This document shows positions 54,250-63,364 of a DNA stretch of 64,000 nt, in pieces (position 1 is the first letter of the stretch; the number at the start of each line of letters is the position of its first letter). A program made the translations under genes and the position numbers. The notes below the pieces were generated by a model. It worked only from the letters and a program-made list of their open reading frames with translations, did no database searches and had not been told where the DNA came from. The stretch lies in the IMG/VR virus record IMGVR_UViG_3300021431_000120, positions 4,744-68,743 of that record; one strand, given 5' to 3'. The stretch comes from a virus (Duplodnaviria; Caudoviricetes).

Positions 54250-54693
54250 ATGGCGAAGAAATACATCATTGAACTAACAGAGAAGCAGGCAAGATTACTC
54301 TCGTATGTCTGCGACCAGTTCCCTCGCCTCATTGAGGGACAATCTCATGCTTATCAAGACCTATTTGAGATGGCATGGGAGAAGCGATGCAAAGATGCCA
54401 CAGGGAAGATGATGGACGATGAGTTTGAAGGTGGCTGGCAAAAGATGCGGGAGGATGCCGAGAACACTTGCAAGGAAATCAAACGTAGGTTCTGGAATCA
54501 GCCATTCAATGCTGATTATGGAATCCACTATGACGATGATGCGGATATAGTATGGGATTTATATCAAGCAATTCGTTATGAACTGTGGAAGAATCGTCCA
54601 GAGCCAAAACCTCATTACACGGTAGATGCTTTCCCAGCAACTCAGTTCGGTAAAGAGCCTCTGGCTAAAGTAACATCAAAGGAGGAAAAATAA
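54250..54693 (+). CDS. Hypothetical protein
   Basis: Likely start is ATG 54250 (MAKKYIIELT). Confidence 0.65.
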   Translation: MAKKYIIELTEKQARLLSYVCDQFPRLIEGQSHAYQDLFEMAWEKRCKDATGKMMDDEFEGGWQKMREDAENTCKEIKRRFWNQPFNADYGIHYDDDADIVWDLYQAIRYELWKNRPEPKPHYTVDAFPATQFGKEPLAKVTSKEEK

Positions 54694-54694
54694 T

Positions 54695-54934
54695 ATGGAT
54701 TTCGGAAAAGCATTTAGAGAACTCCGGGAAGAACAGAATCTATCCCGAGCGGAAGTGGCAAAACAGATCGGTTGCACGGCTTCAGCATTGTCGAAAATAG
54801 AGCGGGGGAAAGTTATCCCGAAGCATGTCACTATTGAGACATTCTGCATTATGATGCGAGTGCCGCTTGCGGGGTTTTATTTTCGTGCGTTCACGATGGA
54901 AGACTTCGGTAGCGTAGATCCGATACACTACTAA
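54695..54934 (+). CDS. XRE-family helix-turn-helix regulator
   Basis: FGKAFRELREEQNLSRAEVAKQIGCTASALSKIERG. Confidence 0.85.
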   Translation: MDFGKAFRELREEQNLSRAEVAKQIGCTASALSKIERGKVIPKHVTIETFCIMMRVPLAGFYFRAFTMEDFGSVDPIHY

Positions 54935-54938
54935 AGAT

Positions 54939-55000
54939 AAGCCCCAGAGGAAAACCGCAAGAACCTCCGGGGCTTATTGCCGTAAGCGAAACTTGCCTCA
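54939..55000. terminator. Convergent terminator hairpins
   Basis: AAGCCCCAGAGG...CCTCCGGGGCTT and GCCGTAAG...CTTACGGC lie between convergent operons. Confidence 0.6.
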
Positions 55001-55405
55001 GACCTTACGGCTACAGTGCGGGCAGGATAACTCGCAGACGACATACGATATGTCGTGTGATATATCTCCCATGAGATAAGCCAGCTCCTCGCTATACGGA
55101 TCTATGCCGTCCTCCTCTGCGATGTGCATGGCGACATGTGCTATCTCGTGGATTGTCGTATTGAGGAATTCCGGTCCGGATACGGTCTCGCTGACACCGA
55201 CAACGCTCCTGCGCAGTTTTGGATTGCTAAAACAGAATCCCTCATTAAGGTTTCCGGAACCGACTCTTTCTGTCGCCTGTCGAATTATAGAAGCGGGAGC
55301 GTCCGCCCAGACAAGGGCGTCCTTGATAATCCCTTTATCATAGGCGTTAAAGGAAAAGTAGAAAGCAATTTGCCAGTTCCGGATATGTGTCTTGCGAATG
55401 GTCAA
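54998..55405 (-). CDS. Hypothetical protein with an HExxH motif
   Basis: TTIHEIAH...SEELAYLMG, a metallopeptidase-like motif. Confidence 0.6.
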   Translation of the reverse strand: MTIRKTHIRNWQIAFYFSFNAYDKGIIKDALVWADAPASIIRQATERVGSGNLNEGFCFSNPKLRRSVVGVSETVSGPEFLNTTIHEIAHVAMHIAEEDGIDPYSEELAYLMGDISHDISYVVCELSCPHCSRKV

Positions 55406-55414
55406 TTTTTTTTA

Positions 55415-55484
55415 TACCTTTGTAGAGCGGATAGGACGGGAGTAGCTACCCTCCGAAAAGCGAAGCAACGGCGCCTTCCGCTCT
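55415..55484 (+). promoter_or_regulatory. Promoter plus a structured leader of a different class
   Basis: TACCTTTG (55415-55422), then an AGAGCGGA...TCCGCTCT stem enclosing GGG-AGTAGCTA-CCC. Confidence 0.5.
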
Positions 55485-55520
55485 TTATTTTTCCGTTGTT
55501 CAATTATAAACCGTTGTTCT

Positions 55521-56060
55521 ATGTTACCGTATCAAAATCTATCTCTTGAAGATATGCCGGGCGAGGTCTGGAAGGACATTCCCGGGCTGGAAGGTTCTTA
55601 TCAAGCCTCAACGACCGGTCGCATAAAATCTTTTCTCACAAATCGAATTCTTCGTCAAACAGTTATGCCTAATGATTACTTGATAGTGCAATTACGCAAA
55701 GACGGGAAAACCATTCACAAGTATGTGCACAGGCTTGTACTGTCCACGTTTTTCTCGTTGGATAATGCACGAAATCAAGTTGATCATATAAACTGCATCA
55801 GGTTTGACAACAGAATAGAAAACTTACGCTGGTCAACATGTTATGAAAACCATCATAACACAAAGACCGAAAAAAATTATTCTATCGCCAATCGTTGTAT
55901 GGGGAAGGCAATAGTCTGCACAAATTCAAGCGGTAACGAAATAGAATACTATTCATTGCGGGAAGCCGAAAGGAATGGTTTCAATAGAAGATGTATTATG
56001 TGTTGTCTTAAAGGAAAGCATAAAACTCATAAAGGCTGTACTTTCCGATATGCAGACTAA
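55521..56060 (+). CDS. NUMOD4-HNH homing endonuclease, inverted relative to its operon
   Basis: EVWKDIPGLEGSYQAS; VHRLVL...VDHINCIRFDNRIENLRW; YSLREAERNG. Confidence 0.88.
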   Translation: MLPYQNLSLEDMPGEVWKDIPGLEGSYQASTTGRIKSFLTNRILRQTVMPNDYLIVQLRKDGKTIHKYVHRLVLSTFFSLDNARNQVDHINCIRFDNRIENLRWSTCYENHHNTKTEKNYSIANRCMGKAIVCTNSSGNEIEYYSLREAERNGFNRRCIMCCLKGKHKTHKGCTFRYAD

Positions 56061-56461
56061 AGCACATCCTCCCATGGAATAGGGATGCCCAATGCCATTG
56101 TCTTCGCATAGAATTCGTCGAATGCCCGCGTCGGTGATCCGTCTGGATCGTCAAGGTAGTCCTTGACAAATTTCGCCAGGTGCATTTCGTCGCTTATCGA
56201 CGACCCCATATAATCAGAAGTCGCCATACACCAGACATACGGGCCGTCGTAGCCCTTGTCGTTTTTTAGCGTAACGCCGTTCGCCCTCATACGTTCATCG
56301 AAGAGAGTCTTTTCGACCGGCTTAATCTTCTCGCCATTCCTTCCGTCCATCATGCGGACAGCCCACTCATAAAGCGGCTTGCTGAAATGGCGACCATTGT
56401 ATGACAAATATTCCCGCATTCCTTTCGGGATATAGTCGTAATCGTCGAATCTTTCTGCCAT
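56057..56461 (-). CDS. Hypothetical protein (module gene)
   Basis: 134 aa; YLSYNGRHFSKPL...AFDEFYAK...GIPIPWED. Confidence 0.7.
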   Translation of the reverse strand: MAERFDDYDYIPKGMREYLSYNGRHFSKPLYEWAVRMMDGRNGEKIKPVEKTLFDERMRANGVTLKNDKGYDGPYVWCMATSDYMGSSISDEMHLAKFVKDYLDDPDGSPTRAFDEFYAKTMALGIPIPWEDVL

Positions 56462-56506
56462 AATTTTTTAGTTAAGGGGCGAGTTCCCCCGCCCCGTTGT
56501 TCTACA

Positions 56507-56755
56507 TTAGCGGTAGCGACCCATAGAATCCCGACGACGGCGTTCGCCGTACATATCGTCGTCATCCCAGTCTCGCCGGCCATAGTCTCCGCGCATACCG
56601 TAACGGTCACCGTAGTTTCCGCGCTCTCCGTAACGGTCGCGCATTTCTTCGGCCAGCTCACAAACGCGAGCCATGCCTTCCTTCGCCATTTCAAGAGCCT
56701 CGTCAAACTCGTGACTTTCGCTCCTGCCTCGGAAGCTAATTACTCTGTAAGACAT
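56507..56755 (-). CDS. Low-complexity R/G/D/Y-rich small protein (module gene)
   Basis: RYGERGNYGDRYGMRGDYGRRDWDDDDMYGERRRRDSMGRY. Confidence 0.7.
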   Translation of the reverse strand: MSYRVISFRGRSESHEFDEALEMAKEGMARVCELAEEMRDRYGERGNYGDRYGMRGDYGRRDWDDDDMYGERRRRDSMGRYR

Positions 56756-56757
56756 TT

Positions 56758-57273
56758 TTATTCCTCCTTTTTCTTGCTAAGTGACTTAGACAGCATCCCA
56801 GTCAGGGCCGCTATCTGGTCGCTCATTCCCGCCAGTTGCTCTTCCAACCTTGCTATCTTCCCGGCCTGCTCCTGCTCGTGCTTGAGCTGGGGGTTAAGGT
56901 CCAAGAGAAGCTGGTCGCAAGACGCTATGATGCGCCTGTGCAAATCCACCTGGTCAATCGCAGTCTGGCTTGCGTTACGGATAACATTGATCTCGTTGAC
57001 GATTCCGTCCCTGGTCTCGCTCAAAATGACTCCCTTGTCGGGGAATTCCGCTATTGAGGAATTGATCGGGATTCTCGGATATGTCTCCGTCTTGCCGTCC
57101 ACTTCTATAGAGAGATCCACCATCATCCCCATTGTGTTGGGGTTGAGAGGTTGCTGAAAATTAAACTGCGGCGGGTATTGGTTGCTGACTTGTGCAACTT
57201 TGCCTACAGCAAATCGCGGTTCGTTCTTGTACAGAACGTAAACTGGGGTTCCTTGCCTAAGTCCACTTAACAT
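56758..57273 (-). CDS. Hypothetical protein with C-terminal coiled coil (module gene)
   Basis: 171-aa ORF. Confidence 0.7.
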   Translation of the reverse strand: MLSGLRQGTPVYVLYKNEPRFAVGKVAQVSNQYPPQFNFQQPLNPNTMGMMVDLSIEVDGKTETYPRIPINSSIAEFPDKGVILSETRDGIVNEINVIRNASQTAIDQVDLHRRIIASCDQLLLDLNPQLKHEQEQAGKIARLEEQLAGMSDQIAALTGMLSKSLSKKKEE

Positions 57274-57292
57274 AGGTTAAACTTTTTAATAA

Positions 57293-57628
57293 TTAAACAA
57301 TTGGTGACACGGTTTGCAGGGTGCTATTGAACCAGTCGTAGAAGACTGTTATGATCCCCGCTCCCGTGAGGTCGGCCGCCGTCACTGCGACGCCGCCAAA
57401 CGAAGTCAACGCGCGGGTCTGCCCATTGAGGGTGAAACGGACCGGGAGAGTCCCGGTTGTTCCCTCGGGAATTGCCTCAGCGATGCGGATCGTCAGGTAA
57501 CCAACGCGGGGGATACTCCGGAAACCCAGAGTAAAATCCACCGCGTCAGTACCCACGGTCACACCGGTTGTGGTGAGATAGGGCACTCCACGTGTATTGG
57601 TCGTTGCGATGCAAACACAATCACACAT
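57293..57628 (-). CDS. Small beta-rich protein (module gene)
   Basis: 111 aa, Thr/Gly/Val-rich, N-terminal CDCVC. Confidence 0.7.
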   Translation of the reverse strand: MCDCVCIATTNTRGVPYLTTTGVTVGTDAVDFTLGFRSIPRVGYLTIRIAEAIPEGTTGTLPVRFTLNGQTRALTSFGGVAVTAADLTGAGIITVFYDWFNSTLQTVSPIV

Positions 57629-57640
57629 GGTCTTGCCCTC

Positions 57641-58606
57641 CTAAAATATAAGTCCGTTATTGCCATAGCCCCATCCGGGTCCATAGTAAGCACCGTTACC
57701 ATATCCGCCCTGATAAAAACCTCCGGCCACATACGGTGTGGCATTTACAGCAACGAGATTGGGGTACTGAACGCTGACAGTTGAAGGCTGTTTGCACTTG
57801 ATGTCATCAACTTCACGAGCGAGAGCTGCCAATGCCGCGTTAACGGGAGCGACGGCCTGCTGTACAACGCCCGCAGTGAAGTTCTGAGACTCGAGCTTGG
57901 CGACCTGGGCAGTCAGAGAAGTAATCTCGCGGTCCTTACGGCTTGACTCAAGAGCGTCAATCTTGTTGTCAAGAGCCAAGTAATTCCTATTCATTGTGTC
58001 CGTCAGATTGTACGTCTGCTGGCACATTGCGAGCTGGTCTGCTGCGGCCTTTGCCTCGATAGCGGTACGCACTCCTGCGATGTCGCTCTGAAGGGCATTG
58101 GTCTGCTGACAGATGGCAAGCTGGTTGTCGCAGCAGCACTTCTGGAATGCACTCATGAGGCTAGCGTCGCCGGACTGGAGGGAGTTGATGATCTGAGGAA
58201 CGGAGACGGCCTGCTGGAGGGCGAGAGTCTGGAGGGCATTCTGGACATTCATAACCCCAGCGTTGACAAGGTTGAAGTCCTGTCCGAGAGTGTTGGCCAG
58301 GTTGGAAATTGCCGTGCGGGACGCTTCGCCCTGAGACGTTACGGCATTCATGATAAGTTCACGACCGCTGTCGTTGTTGAGTTGGTTGGAAAGGAAGCCT
58401 GCGCCGGAGTTGCCGCCCCAGCCTCCGAAGCCGCCGCCCCAGTTGCCACCGCCCCAACCGAACATGGAAGCGATTATTGCCAGACCAAAGAGATCGGCGA
58501 TGGAGTTGAAGGAGCCGAAGCCGTTGCCAAAGCCCCCAAATGCCGGATACGCGTAACCAGGATGCTGGCTGTTATCCGGGAGAATTATAGTTTTATCTTC
58601 TGCCAT
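57641..58606 (-). CDS. Gly-rich, membrane-associated coiled-coil protein with a CCC motif (module gene)
   Basis: GFGNGFG...LFGLAIIASMFGWGGG...FQKCCCDNQLAICQQTN...; strong codon bias. Confidence 0.8.
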   Translation of the reverse strand: MAEDKTIILPDNSQHPGYAYPAFGGFGNGFGSFNSIADLFGLAIIASMFGWGGGNWGGGFGGWGGNSGAGFLSNQLNNDSGRELIMNAVTSQGEASRTAISNLANTLGQDFNLVNAGVMNVQNALQTLALQQAVSVPQIINSLQSGDASLMSAFQKCCCDNQLAICQQTNALQSDIAGVRTAIEAKAAADQLAMCQQTYNLTDTMNRNYLALDNKIDALESSRKDREITSLTAQVAKLESQNFTAGVVQQAVAPVNAALAALAREVDDIKCKQPSTVSVQYPNLVAVNATPYVAGGFYQGGYGNGAYYGPGWGYGNNGLIF

Positions 58607-58701
58607 TTTGGTAAAGTTTTATGGTTAAACACTTCACAAAATTCGACAGAAAAACCCACTACTGTTTAGTAATGGGCAACATTTCCGTATTTATCTGAGT
58701 A

Positions 58702-58986
58702 TCAGTGAGATTTTCGCCAAGATGACGGAATCTTTCGACAAAACTCCTTAAAATTATAGAGAGTTACGTTTCTCTTTGGCTTGGAAAACATCTTATTCTT
58801 AATAACGCTATGGACGGCATCTCTAGATTTGCCGTAATGAGCAGCAATCTCTTCTGCTGTGGCAGAGATATCCATGTTCTCTATGATAGCACGATAAACA
58901 GCATCTGTTTGTTCTATCGTGCATTCTTTCCGTTTAATTTTAGACTTGAATAAATCCAAGACCTCTATAATAAAGTCGTCCTCCAT
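58702..58986 (-). CDS. HTH-like hypothetical protein
   Basis: ATAEEIAAHYGKSRDAVHSVI. Confidence 0.55.
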   Translation of the reverse strand: MEDDFIIEVLDLFKSKIKRKECTIEQTDAVYRAIIENMDISATAEEIAAHYGKSRDAVHSVIKNKMFSKPKRNVTLYNFKEFCRKIPSSWRKSH

Positions 58987-58987
58987 A

Positions 58988-59377
58988 CTATTTTAAAAAC
59001 ACATGATAAGCCGCAATAAGCAGAAGCACAAACATCATAATAACCATTATTATATGCGCCAACTCTGCATGTACTGAAAATTGATAAATATATCTATCTA
59101 TAAATAGATTAATCTGAGGAAAGAAGGGTAATATGCAAGCAGTCTTATGCCATCGGCACAATTTCAAGATTCTGGACTCCAAAAGATTGCCGATAATTAC
59201 GACTGGAGATAAATACAATAGCGTATCTACCATAGTCATCACTGACTCCGATGCGAAAAGATACGTGATTAACGCACATATATACAGGAAGGCATACAAG
59301 AATGGCATTATCTGCACAGCCGTTGTAATACTTCTTAGTTTTGCTATAATGTATTTAATCGCGTCTTGGTTGTCCAC
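58988..59377 (-). CDS. Multi-pass membrane protein
   Basis: Three to four hydrophobic segments. Likely start is GTG 59377; the track extends it to 59488. Confidence 0.6.
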   Translation of the reverse strand: MDNQDAIKYIIAKLRSITTAVQIMPFLYAFLYICALITYLFASESVMTMVDTLLYLSPVVIIGNLLESRILKLCRWHKTACILPFFPQINLFIDRYIYQFSVHAELAHIIMVIMMFVLLLIAAYHVFLK

Positions 59378-59543
59378 CGCTCGTCGTATAAATCCTCGTG
59401 TGGAGTTGAGCCTTCGTCTGATAAACAGGTTTACCAGTAATACGAGGTTTCCCTCCTGTTTTAGTAACACGAAGATTTGCCGATGCAAGTTTTATGCCAC
59501 TTTTGCCGGCTTTGACACTTATTTTTACACGAGCCTTCGACAT
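59355..59543 (-). CDS. Small basic protein
   Basis: 62 aa, K/R/G-rich. Confidence 0.4.
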   Translation of the reverse strand: MSKARVKISVKAGKSGIKLASANLRVTKTGGKPRITGKPVYQTKAQLHTRIYTTSGGQPRRD

Positions 59544-60013
59544 AGATTAAAAAGCGGTTTACGGAATATCCAAATTCCGAATAGAACAACAAATAAAAGA
59601 AGCCACCAGAATGTCCTCAAACGGAAATTCTGCCACCAGGTCAATTCCTTTGGAACCTTGACGTATCGTGTCAGAATTTCGGAATGATTGCTCGTGGCGG
59701 AGGATACAATAATACGCTCCGGATATGTCAAGTGGAACGGTAATGGATTCCTCTTGTTCGCTATCGTATGGTGCAGTCCGGTACTGTCCACCCAGGCATC
59801 GGACTCAGCGACGGAAGTCTCCAGATGGGACCTGTCGCCTAATGCCAGATGATTGGTCGAGGATTCCACGGGAAGCGTTATATAGACAAGACTATCACGA
59901 TAGACTGTCGAATCCCGGTATTCCGTCTTATACTCTGTACGGACATGCTCCACAATTCGGGGGGAACACGACACCATAGACAAGACAAAGAGTAATATGA
60001 ATGCTTTTTTCAT
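59525..60013 (-). CDS. Spanin-like lipoprotein (u-spanin topology)
   Basis: Signal peptide with lipobox (MVSC) and a C-terminal TM segment (FWWLLLFVVLFGIWIF), directly after the endolysin candidate. Confidence 0.65.
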   Translation of the reverse strand: MKKAFILLFVLSMVSCSPRIVEHVRTEYKTEYRDSTVYRDSLVYITLPVESSTNHLALGDRSHLETSVAESDAWVDSTGLHHTIANKRNPLPFHLTYPERIIVSSATSNHSEILTRYVKVPKELTWWQNFRLRTFWWLLLFVVLFGIWIFRKPLFNLCRRLV

Positions 60014-60474
60014 CGTATGGTAATATAAATTTTTTCTCCTCGCATGTGTGCCGGAAACAGATAGTCCCGCATTAAAATGTCATACCACTTGACACTATTT
60101 AGTACCATCCCTTTCTTTTTGTTTTCCCCGATAGCAATACAGCCAAGTATCTCTTCTGCCGTGTTCGCTGGATGGATCCTCACCCCGGAATAGCATTTGA
60201 TATTACAGATTTCAGGAACAAGCCCGCCGTATTTCTTCGCCCAACTTCTGGTGGAGAATTTAGGGGACTGAGTCAGTTTAACCTCATATCGGCCTTTTGG
60301 TATAGCAGTCTTGCCATATACTTTTTTATATAATATCTCTGTAGCGGGCATAGAATCGAGGAGACCACGGTCGGTATCCTCCAGCGATTCGCAAAGGCGC
60401 TTGTCGTTAACGAAGAACTTACCTATCGTATATGTTTCTTTGGGCCAAGCCCGCAATACTACTAATTCAATCAT
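60010..60474 (-). CDS. DUF5675-like putative endolysin
   Basis: YTIGKFFV...CESLEDTDR...TAIPKGRYEV...GVRIHPANT...LGCIAIG. Confidence 0.75.
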   Translation of the reverse strand: MIELVVLRAWPKETYTIGKFFVNDKRLCESLEDTDRGLLDSMPATEILYKKVYGKTAIPKGRYEVKLTQSPKFSTRSWAKKYGGLVPEICNIKCYSGVRIHPANTAEEILGCIAIGENKKKGMVLNSVKWYDILMRDYLFPAHMRGEKIYITIR

Positions 60475-60485
60475 ATTATCCTATT

Positions 60486-61796
60486 TTAATGCCAGGTCCC
60501 GCCACTCTTGGCAAGGACTTTAGTCGCCAGTACCCAAGAGCCGTTTTGTCTAACTAATATTTTTGATGGTGTTTTCCATGTGCCATTGTCTTTAACTCGG
60601 ACGGTATATGATGTTCCGCTCACAGAGAACACTATCGCATGGTCTGCGACGATATTGGAAATCGTATAGACGTATCCGCTCGATTCATACTCGACAGTCC
60701 AAGTGATGCCGCAGACAAGACCGCCGTAGTACCCAACAGTGAATCTCAAGACTGCCGATTGCAATTCTTCTCTTGTCCATGTGCCGGGATTAGAAATCGT
60801 AATCATTGCGTTGCTTGTGCTGGTAAAATCTTGGTCGTCTCCTTTCGTAGTCGTGCCGCTCATAAGTTGTATATTGGCGACGTGAGTAGAGTCGATGGAT
60901 GAATTCTCCCTGTGCCCATAAACTTTAACAGATATGGACTGTATGGTCGCTCCTGCAGGTATTGCTGAGAAGTCAAACGAATAATCTACATGTCCTGTCG
61001 AGCCGGAGGAAGCATACATATTGCTCGTCGAAGAATACGGGTCTTCGGCGGTTCTCCCGACCGCATACTCCGCATAACTCGATCCCGATTGGATGCCGCT
61101 ATGCGTCTCCGATTCTGCCGCTTGGCTTTCACTCCCGGACTGCCCCTGCACAAACTGGCTTGTGACGTCAGTACCATTATCGGTAACTATAATCCCTTCA
61201 AGAGTGTCGGTGGTTACTGTAACATCATCGCCCTCCATAGGAGTCGTGTCGCTCACGGAAGCATTGGCGGTAGTATTATTAGTCAGGCTTACATTATGGG
61301 GAATCGGGATAGTATAGTCAACCTCTATCTCAGCGCCATAACAATAGAAATATCCAGTGGTATTTCTGCTCGCTCTTCGCACATAAACCATGATAGTAAA
61401 ATTACTACCGTAATTCTCTATCTGTTCCCAAGTCAATGCCCCAGTCGGGATAGTTATTGTATGTGCTGATGTGTTAAAGTTGCTTGATGCCGTAGTATTG
61501 GATAAAGCGGACGTCCCGTTCGCAAGCCTTGGAGCATAGGAAGTGGATGTCGACAAGCCAGACTCATAGCCCTTAATCTTTACCTCAAACGAATTTATGA
61601 CAGCCCCGGCAGGGATGTCGTCAAAATTGAATCCACGTAGATAAAGATATCGGGAAGAAGTGGAAGCATTGGTATTGGTTATGGTGGCATACGTCGTATT
61701 ATCCGTATTGTGGTACATATTCGCCGCATTTGATACGGATAAATACGATGCACTTGACACCGCATACGTGCTCGGTATGAGCCTTATTGTCGCCAT
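60486..61796 (-). CDS. Tail fibre/virion accessory protein
   Basis: 436 aa, Ser/Thr-rich and beta-rich, with two similar F..IPAGA.I.S..VK domains. Confidence 0.65.
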   Translation of the reverse strand: MATIRLIPSTYAVSSASYLSVSNAANMYHNTDNTTYATITNTNASTSSRYLYLRGFNFDDIPAGAVINSFEVKIKGYESGLSTSTSYAPRLANGTSALSNTTASSNFNTSAHTITIPTGALTWEQIENYGSNFTIMVYVRRASRNTTGYFYCYGAEIEVDYTIPIPHNVSLTNNTTANASVSDTTPMEGDDVTVTTDTLEGIIVTDNGTDVTSQFVQGQSGSESQAAESETHSGIQSGSSYAEYAVGRTAEDPYSSTSNMYASSGSTGHVDYSFDFSAIPAGATIQSISVKVYGHRENSSIDSTHVANIQLMSGTTTKGDDQDFTSTSNAMITISNPGTWTREELQSAVLRFTVGYYGGLVCGITWTVEYESSGYVYTISNIVADHAIVFSVSGTSYTVRVKDNGTWKTPSKILVRQNGSWVLATKVLAKSGGTWH

Positions 61797-61996
61797 TATA
61801 TCACTATCCAGATGTCGCCGTCACTCCCTTGCGAGGAGGTAGGCTCAGAAGATGAAATAGTAATGTTCGGAACAGATACGAGCCCCGCTATCTGATCCGG
61901 AGTGATGTACTGCGTATCAGATACAGGTATCTTCTCCGTCCCCGCTACCGAAGGCTTCTGTGAAAGTTGCCCTATGTCCTTGTAAGTAACTGCCAT
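61796..61996 (-). CDS. Small tail-associated protein
   Basis: SSSEPTSSQGSDGDIWIV, a tail-fibre-type motif. Confidence 0.6.
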   Translation of the reverse strand: MAVTYKDIGQLSQKPSVAGTEKIPVSDTQYITPDQIAGLVSVPNITISSSEPTSSQGSDGDIWIVI

Positions 61997-61997
61997 G

Positions 61998-62285
61998 TTA
62001 TTGCTCGAATCCTATTGCAACGTCGTTCCTTGTTATTGCCGTGTCGTTGCGGGTGATTATCGTAATGTCTTTCCCGCTTTGGACTACCGTCAGTGTGCGG
62101 CTGATGGTAGTCCCTCCTGCGGAAACTCGAAATACTATGTCGCGGCTTCTCGATTCGTACCCAGCAAAGGGGTCGGAGGAAACCGATACGGTCTGTGTCC
62201 CCTCCGAAGCCCCATAAGTGAGATAAATCTTATCCCCGCTTCCGTCGTTCCAACTGACCTGTGTTGTCATTAGCTGATAGACCAA
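61998..62285 (-). CDS. BACON/Ig-like virion protein
   Basis: VSVSSDP..G..SRSRDIVF...RTLTVVQ. Confidence 0.65.
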   Translation of the reverse strand: MVYQLMTTQVSWNDGSGDKIYLTYGASEGTQTVSVSSDPFAGYESRSRDIVFRVSAGGTTISRTLTVVQSGKDITIITRNDTAITRNDVAIGFEQ

Positions 62286-62875
62286 GAGGTGTTGGAAGAA
62301 ACGGTGACATTCACTGCCGTACCCTCATCAGTGAGGTTAATAGTTGTAGGCTCAATAGTAAGGTAAGCCTCTCCAGCAGCCTGAGAAATATCGCAAGTAG
62401 CCGTATTGCTGTTATTCGCCGTAACCGTTAACTGCGAGGTTAATGCCGCGACACTCGTATTGGCTCCGATATTAGTAAAAGTAATAGAGAAAGCATACTC
62501 TTGGGCTGCTCCAGGGTCGCCAACAATAGCAGCGCCATTACTGGTTGCCACCGAGTTTGCTGTGTAGGAAGACGGAAGGACAAGCCCGATGCCGTTGGTC
62601 CCCGTCAAAGAAAAAGTAAGTTTTGAAGAGTTCGATCTTCCTGTGATTGTGATACTACCTCCAGATTGGGGCACAGAGGCAGTGTCATCAATAATGACAA
62701 ATTCAGCCTTGCCTGCCTGGATAATTGTCAATGTTTTACTTTCGACTCCAGAAGCGGAGAAAGTAGCGGTAGTCTGTCTCGGAGAACGGCCAGTATGGAC
62801 TGACCCTGTCCAAGAAACGGTATCATTCCCGTTACCGCTTGTTTTATTGGGATTAACCCATGATGCGTATGCCAT
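62270..62875 (-). CDS. BACON/Ig-like virion protein
   Basis: SWVNPNKTSGNGNDTVS...RSPRQTTATF...TLTIIQAG; C-terminal VTVSSNTSWSIS. Confidence 0.75.
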   Translation of the reverse strand: MAYASWVNPNKTSGNGNDTVSWTGSVHTGRSPRQTTATFSASGVESKTLTIIQAGKAEFVIIDDTASVPQSGGSITITGRSNSSKLTFSLTGTNGIGLVLPSSYTANSVATSNGAAIVGDPGAAQEYAFSITFTNIGANTSVAALTSQLTVTANNSNTATCDISQAAGEAYLTIEPTTINLTDEGTAVNVTVSSNTSWSIS

Positions 62876-62893
62876 ATTCTTATTTATTTAATA

Positions 62894-63364
62894 TTAGTCA
62901 ATATCCCAATGTGTATTGCTGAATACATCATTACTTGTCCAGCCGGCCAATATCCACACCACCGTGGGTGATATCTCCAGATATGGCTCGCGAGATCCAA
63001 TCGTGCAGACCAAGTACATTTGGCAGTCTATCCCACCATCACGGTTCATTTCCGCATTCATACTCCTCATATCTTTGGTCTTGACGTTCAATCCCCCTTC
63101 TCGGTTGATTTTAATTGCCATCCCGCAATCATGCCGTTTTGCCCGAACCGAGAGTCCACTATCTTTCTTCGCTTTAACTATTAGCCCGCTTTCTTGCTTA
63201 AAAATACATGAAAAATTTTTCTTTGTTCCGCCATCTACGGCAACGGACATACTGACGGAGATATCGTCAATTGGAACAATAGAAACACTGATATCTCCAT
63301 CTTGTCTCTCCATAAAACTGGAAAGACCCCCTATCCTTGCAAAAGATACGGAGAGGCAACTCAT
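62894..63364 (-). CDS. Hypothetical tail-region protein
   Basis: 156 aa; C-terminal PYLEISPTVVW...VFSNTHWDI. Confidence 0.6.
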   Translation of the reverse strand: MSCLSVSFARIGGLSSFMERQDGDISVSIVPIDDISVSMSVAVDGGTKKNFSCIFKQESGLIVKAKKDSGLSVRAKRHDCGMAIKINREGGLNVKTKDMRSMNAEMNRDGGIDCQMYLVCTIGSREPYLEISPTVVWILAGWTSNDVFSNTHWDID

